DNA of 63,690 bases, counting the filler, from Octopus bimaculoides (Eukaryota), in NCBI RefSeq assembly GCF_001194135.2. It is 4 parts of 3 records of this genome, joined end to end, with 100 filler letters (N's around TTAATTAATTAA, not from the genome) between each part and the next. Parts side by side here need not be neighbours in the genome. Positions count along the whole stretch, not along the records: positions 52,167 to 63,690 come from NC_069004.1; 3 more parts are not named here. One strand, 5' to 3'. The stretch's first letter is position 1; every line of letters begins with the position of its first letter. The position numbers and the translations under genes are program-made. A model generated the notes under the pieces. That model saw only the letters and a list, made by a program, of their open reading frames with translations. It was not told the DNA's origin and searched no databases. Below, in pieces: positions 52,293 through 63,690 of the stretch.

Positions 52293-53762
52293 ACCGTGGT
52301 TCTCCACCAACAACTCATGCACCTACCTGGAAGTTCTGGAGAAGGTTGTCCTCTAGAAGGAACGCAAATGATAAGAAAGGCGGAGATAGGGGGGAATACG
52401 GCGGCAGTCTTCTCGTGAGCCACTCCGATGGACGCGGAAGACGTGAATGTATTCTCAAAGAAACTATACGTCTCTCTAATGGCGTATCCAACGAAGAAGA
52501 CGACCATCTCGAAGACCTCCCCGACGTTCTCGATAACAACGCTCTGCGACGGTCGCAGTCATTGAAGCCCCCACCAAAGCCTCCCAGACTGTTCTTGATG
52601 CGTTCGACTTCGATTACGAATCATAGAAACTCGATAACGCCGTCTTCGTCGCGGAATTCGTTTCTCATGTCCCCGAGCACGAATTCCAAGGAGGAAGCAA
52701 TTATCAAATTTCCTATTAACATTGAAAACGGGCGCTTTTTGAACAACTCTCCGTACAACGGAACCGTTTCTTCCCCCAAAAACCCCGAAGCTGTGGGTCA
52801 AATGACTCCAGATTTAACGACCAAATCCATTCGCAGAGAAAAACGTATCAAATATTCGGCAAACGGCAATCCGATGCGTATCAAAATGGACTTGCCTGCC
52901 ACAGGCCAACTGCAAAATGCCCGTGAAAAGATCACCCGGCATGGCATTATATTACATTGCCTTACTGATTTATTATGTCAGCGGTTGAGACCGGCGGACC
53001 TTATCGAAAAAATGTACAAGGAACATGTGATAACCACAGGCGACCTACAAGCATTCAACGGTCATCCAGACCAGAGATTGGTCTGTGAGAGCTTAGTGAA
53101 CAACGTATCTCGAGGAGACAGCCAACAGTATGAGTCTTTCTGTAACGTCCTTCGCAATACGGACGGTTATAGAGATATTTCCGATATTCTAGACGCTATG
53201 ACTCGGATATCGTTTATGATTTCCGATATTCCGAGTTCAGATCAAGAAGATAATGTCCTCGCTGATGAAACAACGATGAAGTTTGACGTAGGTTTCTATG
53301 ACGATTCGATCCGTCAACTGAAGCCTGTCGTCGAACTTGAACGTATCAAAGACGTCAATGGTAAATGGGGGTTGCACAACTCCAACTCTTGTTCGTCACA
53401 GATATCGTCTAGTTTTCTATCGAAGGATCAACAAAATAACACAACGGACATTAACGGCAATGGAAAAACTAATTTAGTTCCAATGATGACGGTCAGTATT
53501 CTTGGACACAACCTACAAGGTAAACGTGCCATGGTTCTGGCAGAAGTTCTTCACAGATACAACTGTATTCTTGAACTGTGCCTCGGCAAGACACAGTTGA
53601 CAGGTTCGGACATTGGTTTGTTGTCCATACCTTTGCAAAAAAATAACAGTTTAACTGTTTTGGATGTACGACTTAACAATATTGGAAACGAGGGAGCTAC
53701 AATGGTTGGTAACGCCCTGGAACAGAACTCCACTCTCAGACAGCTAAATCTATCGTCAACAG
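52293..53762 (+). CDS. large coding exon: disordered region + CARD-like death fold + RI-type LRRs (gene continues beyond this exon)
   Basis: (CT)n-TTGCAG acceptor at 52292 and G|GTAACT donor at 53763, 1470 nt open, phase 1-1. CARD-like segment at about 52925-53200 (LRPADLIEKMYKEHVIT..LVNNVSRGDSQQYESFCNVLRNTDGYRDISDIL). Three 28-aa LRRs from 53483 plus the start of a fourth. Confidence 0.85.
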
Positions 53763-54164
53763 GTAACTTTCAGTTTAATTTTCAATCTTTTATTTATTTC
53801 CGTCTCCCTCTGATATTTTTGTGTTTTTAACAAAGCCAGTCTGTAAGAGATGTTGTCTCGGGACAAATACTGTAGTAACTGGCCTATCGACAGTGTATAT
53901 ACATTAAGTATGATACATAGATGGCTATTTCAATTAAACACTGCCTCTAATGAGAGTACCAGGTTTTTATCTATTTACTTTACTGTTCGCCTGTGTCCTT
54001 TGTTTTCAGTGTCTTAATGGTTTGACTTAAAAAAGAACCCCTGTTGATACCCAAGTGACTCTAATATAGTTAAAGACTACCATCGAGGGGCAATTCATGT
54101 CATTTCATGAAATTTGGTAGAAATCATTTCAAAGAACTCATCTTTGTAAACGTGACGTTGCTAT

Positions 54165-54505
54165 TAATACTCTTTACTCATTTACTTGTTTCAGTCATTT
54201 GACTGCGGTAAATCGACCCCAGGACTTATTCTTTGTAAGCCTAGTACTTATTCTATCGGTCTTTTGCCGAACCGCTAAGTTACGGGGGACATAAACACAC
54301 CAGCATCGGTTGTCAAGCGATGTTGGGGGGACTAACACAAACACACATATATATATCTATACATATATACGACGGGCTTCTTTCAGTTTCCGTCTACCAA
54401 ATCCACTCACAAGGCTTTGGTCGGCCCGAGGCTATAGTAGAAGACACTTGCCCAAGGTGCCACGCAGTGGGACTGAACCCGGAACCATGTGGTTGGTAAG
54501 CAAGC
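54165..54505 (-). mobile_element. tRNA-derived SINE, family A (CpG-intact copy)
   Basis: Same head, body and tail as 15410-15822; truncated by the N gap. Confidence 0.85.
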
Positions 54506-56406
54506 NNNNNNNNNNNNNNNNNNNNNNNNNNNNNNNNNNNNNNNNNNNNNNNNNNNNNNNNNNNNNNNNNNNNNNNNNNNNNNNNNNNNNNNNNNNNNNN
54601 NNNNNNNNNNNNNNNNNNNNNNNNNNNNNNNNNNNNNNNNNNNNNNNNNNNNNNNNNNNNNNNNNNNNNNNNNNNNNNNNNNNNNNNNNNNNNNNNNNNN
54701 NNNNNNNNNNNNNNNNNNNNNNNNNNNNNNNNNNNNNNNNNNNNNNNNNNNNNNNNNNNNNNNNNNNNNNNNNNNNNNNNNNNNNNNNNNNNNNNNNNNN
54801 NNNNNNNNNNNNNNNNNNNNNNNNNNNNNNNNNNNNNNNNNNNNNNNNNNNNNNNNNNNNNNNNNNNNNNNNNNNNNNNNNNNNNNNNNNNNNNNNNNNN
54901 NNNNNNNNNNNNNNNNNNNNNNNNNNNNNNNNNNNNNNNNNNNNNNNNNNNNNNNNNNNNNNNNNNNNNNNNNNNNNNNNNNNNNNNNNNNNNNNNNNNN
55001 NNNNAAAAAAAAGGGTACCAGTTGGGAACTGGGGATCAATGTAATCGATTTACCTCCTCCTCCGAAAGGAAAGAAGGAATGTTTACGACTGTCTTCGGTC
55101 CACCACTACCCACGAGACATTTGAGACAAATGCTGCCGGAAAACCTCACACAGCAGCCTGGATTCAAAGATCACGCTTCCGTTGTGGTCTGTCAACACCT
55201 AATTATCGTTTTGTTACCAAGTCTTGCCTCCGCCACTCGGACCCAATGAACGGCTTTCGTGATGTCGTTCTAAAAAGGAAACAGGTGCCTCAGCTCTGAC
55301 AATGCAAAGTTTGTTTCGTGTAGAAGAAATGGCGAGACGTCGTCCTCTTTTACCGTTCTCATGTCAGTTGAAATAGATTTTCTCATCGCTTCTTCTCGTC
55401 TGCTAACTTTGCTCGCCTTCTAATCCTTAGTAAGTTTGCTGTGTTTACGATATTCGGATGTGTGTTTTGGTGTTTGTCTGGATTTGATGAGTAGATAGCC
55501 GTAATGTGTGGGTTATCTGCTGTGTCATGAGTCTATCCTCATATATCCACCTACATAACATACATACATACATGCATCCCATATACATACACACACATAC
55601 ATACGTTCATACATACATGCATGCAGACATACGTGCATATATACATTCATACATACACATCTTTATGTATAAATACATTCATACATATACATTTATATAT
55701 AAACACAATCATACAATAGACACACACCATATACATACGTTCATACGTACATGCATACATGCGTGCATATATACATTCATACATACACATCTATACGTAT
55801 AAATACATTCATACATACACATTTATATATAAACACATGCATACAATACACACACACACGTACACACACATACACACACACATATAGAGTGTTTGGAGTG
55901 GTGTTCAGATATTGTACACGGTGTCCACAAGGTCTGGGTACATGGAGTAAATAAAATCATAACATAAACAATTAATCATAACATAAACAATATAAGAAAT
56001 ATTAATTTCTTAAAGTATGTGTTAATCCCCGTGCACACAGACTTTGTGGACACCCTGTGTATTGAGAAAAGGGAGGCAGTCGGAATTTTGGATAATTCTT
56101 CATTAGCTCTTTCGTTGGTTTTTCGAACTCGTCGAGACAAAATTAAAGTCAAAATGATTTTAATTTTGTCTTGATGAGTTCAATAAACGAACGAAAGCGC
56201 TAATAATGGATTATCCCAAATTCTGACTGCCCCCTTTTTCTCACACACAAGATACAGGAAACTTATATATATACACCATTCTGCTTAAATAATGGAACTG
56301 CAAATACAATATCCTTACGTATCTCAATTCAATTTTCATTCCTTCACTTTCCTCTGTATTTCATATCTTCTCTACAATAATTATTACTTAAACATTATCT
56401 CGCACC

Positions 56407-56454
56407 GTCTCTGATGAAGAGATATATAAAATACCCTGGAAACAGCTGTAAGAC
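56407..56454 (+). ncRNA. minimal type-I hammerhead ribozyme motif, Penelope-like terminus
   Basis: GTCT-CTGATGA-(imperfect stem II)-GAAA-CAGCTG-TA-AGAC: intact CUGAUGA and GAAA, palindromic stem III, GUA site, 4-bp stem I. Confidence 0.65.
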
Positions 56455-56514
56455 TTTCTCTTTATAAATGTTCTGAAAACTATTCACAGCCTTGGATTCT
56501 TTTATCTCATTCTG

Positions 56515-56589
<75 letters not shown>

Positions 56590-58211
56590 AACCCATTTTT
56601 ACTTTATATCCGTCAGTTTATATTTTCATATATGCCATTCTATCTCACTGTCTGTCTGTTTGTCTCCCTATTTATGTTTCTATCAATGTGCCTCTCTGTC
56701 CATTTGTCAAGTCATATCTCTCTTCCTTGCGGTACTGTGATATCATTCTCTGTGCATGCGTGTGTGTGTGTGTGTGTGCGTGTGTTTATCTAAATGACTT
56801 GTCTTTTTATCCATCCCTATATCTGTCTCACACCCTTTCACTACCATCATCTCCACCTCCACCACCACCATCATCGTCCCATCGTTATCTTAAACAACAA
56901 TCTACACCTCCTCCTCTACCCGATCCTACCCGTAGTTTAATTCGTTCACGTCATGAGGGCCAGAGGCTAACAGCCAAACGGCCGCCATTATATCTCTGTA
57001 TTAAACACAAAAGTTCTCTATTATCGTCTGACAGTCATGTTGTGAGCTCAGCCTATACAATGAGTCAGGAAGACATAAGATCCCTTCTTTTTTACAAATT
57101 AGAGGCTGTGAACCTTTAAATAAATTAAGGGGAAATGAAATCTGAAGATCACCTTTATTTCTTTTTCTTTTTACTTGGAAAAAGAAAAACAAACAAGATG
57201 GTGTCTATTTTCTTTATTGTGACAAATTTATTTTAACATGGTGTATATAGACTTGACGTTTAATTAGTTACCAGGGGTTTCGTGCGATATTCTTCAGAAC
57301 CACCGGGTACACTTCCGGGTTTCTGAGGTATGAATCGCGTTCCCTTTGGGTAGGGGGTGTAGAATTGTGGAGAAATTCTTATTTTAAGAATGATAGAAAT
57401 TATAATTATTGATTTCAGATTTTGGCACCAGGCCAGTAATTTTAGGGGAGGAGTAAGTCGATTACATCTCAAAGCCAGTGCTCAGCTGGTACTTAATTGA
57501 TCGACCCTCGAAAGGATGAAAGGCAAAGACGACCTCGGTGGAATTTGAACACGCCGGTAGGCTGCAATTTGACGCCGAATGTTAAAACACTTGAAAGTCA
57601 TAAGTGGGATAACTCAATCCAAATCCCATTCAGGCGCGATGGTCATCGATGTTTCGCCATGTTTGTGGCTTATCAACATCACATACCTGAACCGAATTGG
57701 AGGCTAACGATTCTACCAACTCGCCGCCTTATAAATTATTATTATTAGCAATATTTATTCTGGCTCTTTACGTTCTGAGTTCAACTTTGCCTTTTATCCT
57801 TTCGGAATCTATAACATAAAGTACCACTTAAGTACCGGGTTCAGTATAATTGGCTAACCCCTTCCACCTAAAATTGCTGACCTCGTGTTAATATGTGAGC
57901 GACCTGGTAGAATCGTTAGCGTTAGCGCGTGGGACAAAATACTTTGTGGCATTTCTTCAGACTCTTTACGTTCCGAACTCAAGTTTGGCTTTCATCTTTT
58001 GGAAGTCGAACAGGGTTACCTCTATCTCACTCTTTCTCTTCCTCTGTGTGTGTGTGTGTGTGTGTATGTATTTATGTATGTATGTTTAAAGCCGGCTATT
58101 TTCACACATCAACTTTCTCAAAGTCTACCCTGGCGACTTTCAGATGACTAGGTCCCTAGAAATGCAACTATTTATTTTCCCAGTCACCAAACACGCAAGC
58201 AATTATTATTA

Positions 58212-58267
<56 letters not shown>

Positions 58268-58466
58268 GTTGTTGTTGTCGTTGCTGTTGTTACTGATGTG
58301 GTTGTTCTTGTTCTAGTCTTAAGTTTTCCTCAACATTCAGACAGCGCTCCATTATCGTTTTCGTGTCAACATTTTGATAATCGCCGTCAGTGAATGACTC
58401 AGTCAAACAGACACGAGGTTTATTATGTAATAAATACAACACCTAAACCCCCACCACACACACACA

Positions 58467-58515
<49 letters not shown>

Positions 58516-59884
58516 CTTTGTGCGTCAAAGAGAAGGACTGTCCTATATATATATGTGCCATCTTTTCTCTCTCTCTAACTCTCATTCTGTCGTCTGTAGT
58601 CTGTCGTCTGTCGTCTGTCGTCTGACACTGCCAAATTCAAAATCCTTTTTCAAATCTGTTTCTTAACTTGAGATATCCTTTACGTTTATTTTTCCTTCTT
58701 CTTCTTCTTTCTTCTTTTCCTTATTCCCTTATCGTTTCCCTTCCATTTTTGTTCCCTTTTCTTTTCGTTTCTTCGCTCCTTGTTTTTTTTTTTTTTACTT
58801 CTAACCTCCTCCTCCCCCTCCCAATTCCTACGTCTTCTCTTCTTTCCAACACAAACCTGACACCGTAAATTCAATAAATTTAGAACACAATTGTCCTCAT
58901 GCAGATCGCTCCCGTTAAATATCCCCCGTTTATCCAAAACCACCTCCATTAACATGGTAATGACAATCTGTCTGGTGTAGACATAAAACCCAGCCATTGT
59001 TGCTTTCACCANNNNNNNNNNNNNNNNNNNNNNNNNNNNNNNNNNNNNNNNNNNNNNNNNNNNNNNNNNNNNNNNNNNNNNNNNNNNNNNNNNNNNNNNN
59101 NNNNNNNNNNNNNNNNNNNNNNNNNNNNNNNNNNNNNNNNNNNNNNNNNNNNNNNNNNNNNNNNNNNNNNNNNNNNNNNNNNNNNNNNNNNNNNNNNNNN
59201 NNNNNNNNNNNNNNNNNNNNNNNNNNNNNNNNNNNNNNNNNNNNNNNNNNNNNNNNNNNNNNNNNNNNNNNNNNNNNNNNNNNNNNNNNNNNNNNNNNNN
59301 NNNNNNNNNNNNNNNNNNNNNNNNNNNNNNNNNNNNNNNNNNNNNNNNNNNNNNNNNNNNNNNNNNNNNNNNNNNNNNNNNNNNNNNNNNNNNNNNNNNN
59401 NNNNNNNNNNNNNNNNNNNNNNNNNNNNNNNNNNNNNNNNNNNNNNNNNNNNNNNNNNNNNNNNNNNNNNNNNNNNNNNNNNNNNNNNNNNNNNNNNNNN
59501 NNNNNNNNNNNNNNNNNNNNNNNNNNNNNNNNNNNNNNNNNNNNNNNNNNNNNNNNNNNNNNNNNNNNNNNNNNNNNNNNNNNNNNNNNNNNNNNNNNNN
59601 NNNNNNNNNNNNNNTAAAGAGACACGGGGATGAAACCAGGCAACTAAACAGAGATACAGACAGCCAGACAGATATCCAAACAAACAGATAGAGAGACATC
59701 GTTTTATATGCGGTTTATATTAGTGTGTGTGTGTGTGTGTTTGTGTAGTTTATTTGGGCTGATCCATAGATATAGGTCACTAGACGAGTCTAAATAAACT
59801 ATTGCACTCCGTTTTTGTATTAGATATGTCTGCCTTTCGTTATTACCAAACGATGTATGTGCGTATGTGTGTGCGTGTGTGTGT

Positions 59885-60105
59885 GCGATGGAGTGCTGAA
59901 ATGATCCAGGCTTTGAGTAAAAGAAAATACAGGAGGATCAGTTAATCATGATTTTAGACAACATAATCCCTTTCCAGAGTCACACACTTATTTCGGCGTT
60001 CTTTCAGTTTTTCTAAGCTCTGTAAAAGAACTCGGATGGTTAGGCCTCCAGCCAGGCCTTTCGTGCCACCATTAAAGCCAGGAATTTTTCCTCACCCCAC
60101 TCGTA
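59885..60105. mobile_element. mariner-type MITE, second copy of 23040-23259
   Basis: Collinear internal sequence (GTAAAAGAAAATACAGGAGGATCAGTTAAT..CACACACTTATT) and an ACTCGTA end. Confidence 0.8.
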
Positions 60106-60199
60106 TGTATGTACGTACGTATGTATGTATGTATGTATGTATGTATGTATGTATGTATGTACGTATGTACGTACGTACATATGTATGTATGTATGTATA

Positions 60200-60540
60200 T
60201 ATATTGTTGTTGGCACTCCGTCGCTTACGACGTCGAGGGTTCCAGTTGATCCGATCAACGGAACAGCCTGCTCGTGAAATTAACGTGAAAGTGGCTGAGC
60301 ACTCCACAGGCACGCGTAACCTTAACGTAGTTCTCGGGGATATTCAGCGTGACACAGTGTGACAAGGCTGACCCTTTGAATTACAGGCACAACAGAAACA
60401 GGAAGTAAGAGTGAGAGAAAGTTGTGGTGGAAGAGTACAACAGGGTTCGCCACCATCCCCTACCGGAGCCTCGTGGAGCTTTAGGTGTTTTCGCTCAATA
60501 AACACTCAAAACGCCCGGTCTGGGAATCGAAACCGCGGTC

Positions 60541-60545
<5 letters not shown>
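60200..60545 (-). mobile_element. tRNA-derived SINE, family C
   Basis: Minus-strand B-box GGTTTCGATTCC and 3' domain CTGTGGAGTGCTCAGCCAC..GAGCAGGCTGTTCCGTTGATCGGATCAACTGGAA. Partial copy at 63035-63215. Confidence 0.75.
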
Positions 60546-60580
<35 letters not shown>

Positions 60581-61585
60581 CTGTATTGAAGACAAAAGTT
60601 CTCTATTAGCATCTGACAGTTGTAAGCTCAGCTAAACTTGTATCGTGTACCTCTCAACCATCTATGTCAAGCGATAGATTTATAGCAAGTTCCATAGTTA
60701 AGTGTTTCAATAATTAAAAAGATTATAACAGTTTAAGAGCTGACTCGCTTGAGTCGTCGTAAACTTGTCCTTCAGAAATTCAGCTGGACTTGCAAACACT
60801 ACTTTGTCATGCTAGATTTGGGATTTGAAAAATTAACGACTTAATTACGATATCAAATGGAAGTTTTGGAACTGAGTGAACTAAGTGAAAAGATATGACC
60901 AATTTTCAAAATTCTACAATTTTTGCAGCACTAAACATTTTTCGTTCCACTTTTGGATATCCTGAAAAGAAATTCCAAACTCATATATATTTTTGATTAT
61001 TCTCTGAGGAATTCTAAAGGACACATCGTTAACTGATTGCTCAATTATATTACATACGCTTCAAAAGCTACTTGCAACACCCGTATACATTTCTATAAAT
61101 CTTAAATATATTTTGTACACAATTACACCAAAATAATACACCACAATCATCTTATACATCTCTGTGATTCTTCATATCGTTTCGTTCTCCTTCTCTACTT
61201 CACTCTCAAACAAACCGCCCTTCCATACTTTCGCTCACAAACTTGCCCACCACTGTGAAAGCAATCCGAATTTCTTTCTCTTCACTTTTTCTCTTTTTTT
61301 CACCCAATCGTCATTTTTCTCTCTATTTCTTTTTCTCCAATTTCTTTCTCTCGTTCATTTCTTCTATTCCGTCGTCCCGCAATATACCCCTATATCGTCC
61401 CGTTTCTTAAAAATCCTTTCACCAACTTCCAACCCAATCGTACATCCACTTCTAAATATTTTGTGATTTCCCAAGATACATTTTTGTAACGTTTTAAGGC
61501 GCTGTATCACTTTAACAGCCTGACCTACAGAAAAGCGGAAAACTGAAGTTATATTAGAGAAGCTTTATCTTCGATTAAACTTTAC

Positions 61586-61646
<61 letters not shown>

Positions 61647-63690
61647 TGTAAAGTCCATACACACACATATTTACATTTGGCTTCTGTACAGTTTCTGTCT
61701 TTAAAATTTCACTGAAAGTGTACTGGTCACCACTATCTTGTGAGTGGTATGTAGAAAACACTTGCCGAAGGTGCCTCGCTATGATTCTGAACCTTATATG
61801 TGTGTGCATATGTGTATACATGCATGTGTGTGCATGTATGTATGTATATATACACACACACCATTAAATTAAATTGAAAATGATTCGTTACAGATACCGA
61901 TATATTTCGTTTGTGAGAGTTAATCAAATGAATGTCATATTCCTTTCAGAATTTATAAACTCAGTCAACAGAACTACATTCTGCGTTCGTTTCATAAGAC
62001 TCCTACAGAGCGAAACATATGGCCATCGGTGATGAATCATTCTTTTTACTTTAAAGTAATATATGATATTATTCTTGACAGCTAACCCTGTATAGAGTAC
62101 CTTATTTCAGAGTGATTTCAAGCTGATAACCTGCTTTTGAAATATTGATGTATATGTGTGTGTATACGTCTGCGTATGTATATATGTGTAAGGGGAAGGG
62201 TATCTGTGTGTGTATGCATGCACTTGTGTATATACAAAATATAAGTGCCTGTGAAGCACAGCTATTATGTTTTGTTTTATTAAGAACATATTTTAAGGAT
62301 TTTTCATATTTCTTTAATAAACCTTTGTGTTTTGTTCGAGTCAATAAACTTTCACTTCCATCCGCGTTTCAACCCTAAACCTTTTTTATTCCCCATAAAA
62401 ATCACTCCAGTGAGATTTTTTTTATATATATTGCTATTTTTATAGTCTTTAACTATGATGGCAACGTTGTTGTGGTTGTTATTATTGGTTGTCAGCGGAG
62501 TTTCAATTTTAAAACACGGAGCTTTTATCCTTTATTTTATTTGTTTTTTGGGGCGTTTTTTTTTTCCTTGCAACAATCCGGAAATAACTCTGCTCTGATG
62601 TCTGCCGTTTAGTTTGTTTAATAAAGAAATAAGAGAATTCTCCAATAAAAAATAACAAAGGAAACTATAATCTAATCACTTTTACAATAATACAGACACA
62701 CACGGCTGCTGTATAAGTCGTTAAATCAATCACCTTTTAACGTGGCACTCATAAATGAAACGTTGTTATAACACTCGGCGCCATTCTGTTTCGTTATGTA
62801 AAATAACATAACCGAGGATGGTCTTTTAGAGTCAAAATGTCTGCAACTTGAACCACCATACATACACCACTCCAACTTTCCAGGAACTGATTATCCGGAA
62901 CCTCTTATAATCCGTGTTAGTTTACAAGCAGGAACATCAAATTCCCGCGACCGCTAGACGTGTTTACTTGGCGGCTCTGTACAATATTGATAAACTTGTT
63001 TGAAAAGAAAAGAAAAAAGAAAGAAAGAAAAAACTGGTACTCCGTCGGTTATGACGACGAGTATTCCAGCTGATCCGAGATCAACGGAACAGCCTACTCG
63101 TGAAATTATTGCACAAGTAGCTGAGCACTCCACAGACACGCGTACTCTTGGCGATGTTCTCTGGGAGATTCAGCGTGACACAGAACGTGATGAGGTTGAC
63201 CCTTTGAAATACAGGTTCTATTCATTTTTGCCAGCCATATGCATGTGTGTGTGTGCATGTGTATGTGTGTATGTATGTGTATACATAAATATATGTGTAT
63301 GTATTTCTAGCAATACTGATGCTGACCAGTGGCCCCTGTCACTTTAGTGACGTATTTATTTCTGGCTTTAGGTTGTTAAATTGCGAATTAGTCACCCATA
63401 TTATATATAATATATTAAGCCTTCATTCCTCTTCTCGAGGCTCTTCCTCTTTTCTTTTATTTTCCTTTTATGTATTTTTCTTCATTCTGATGAAGCTCCA
63501 TGCTCCAGCTCAGATGTGTTACAAAATATGACGAATATTATTCTCAGAATTTTCATTGGCGACATTGTAGGACATTGGAAGCAGAAACGGCTGTTAGATA
63601 TGATAAGAGTTTTGTATTAAAAAGTAATAATCGATGTTAGTCAGTTGTTGTTGATCAAGATTTCTCCATTTTCTGCTTAATTGATATATA

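Noticed and set aside
57625-57680. Fourth hammerhead-like motif on the minus strand (TTGATAA-GCCA..TGGC-GAAA-CATC)
   Set aside because: Two core changes, a broken stem III palindrome and no stem I pairing; too degenerate to call.
33694-59699. Long ORFs containing X runs or YI/HT/CV/RE dipeptide repeats
   Set aside because: They are translations of N gaps and dinucleotide or tetranucleotide microsatellites, not proteins.
1-63690. CRISPR array, rRNA or prokaryotic operon
   Set aside because: Eukaryotic intron-exon DNA. All periodic sequence is simple-repeat, with no repeat-spacer structure or rRNA similarity.
53763-63690. Further LRR exons of the CARD-LRR gene
   Set aside because: No phase-1 exon with an LxxLxLxxN pattern was recognised; they may lie in gaps or beyond the window.

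Overview
Repeat-dense eukaryotic scaffold. The SINE families, RTE/Penelope content and microsatellite load suggest a cephalopod, probably Octopus (inference). Two host genes are recognisable. (1) ERCC8/CSA (WD40) lies on the minus strand as four GT-AG exons in compatible phases (28962-28737, 26653-26436, 23965-23865, 22641-22136). Its N-terminal ~57 codons were not found and may sit in the artificial 100-bp join at 30259-30358. (2) A plus-strand 1470-nt exon (52293-53762) encodes a disordered region, a CARD-like death fold, a ~94-aa linker and 28-residue RI-type LRRs, with no NACHT between them. The rest is decayed transposons (Helitrons, Tigger, mariner/Tc1, hAT and piggyBac-type MITEs, RTE, R4/Dong-like and Penelope-like retroelements, three tRNA-SINE families), microsatellites and N gaps. 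Best leads: the NACHT-less CARD-LRR protein, three minimal hammerhead ribozyme motifs in sense orientation around it, a templated insertion in a Helitron, and a CpG-decay contrast between the left and right halves. All identifications come from reading motifs by eye; no searches were run, and repeat boundaries are approximate.
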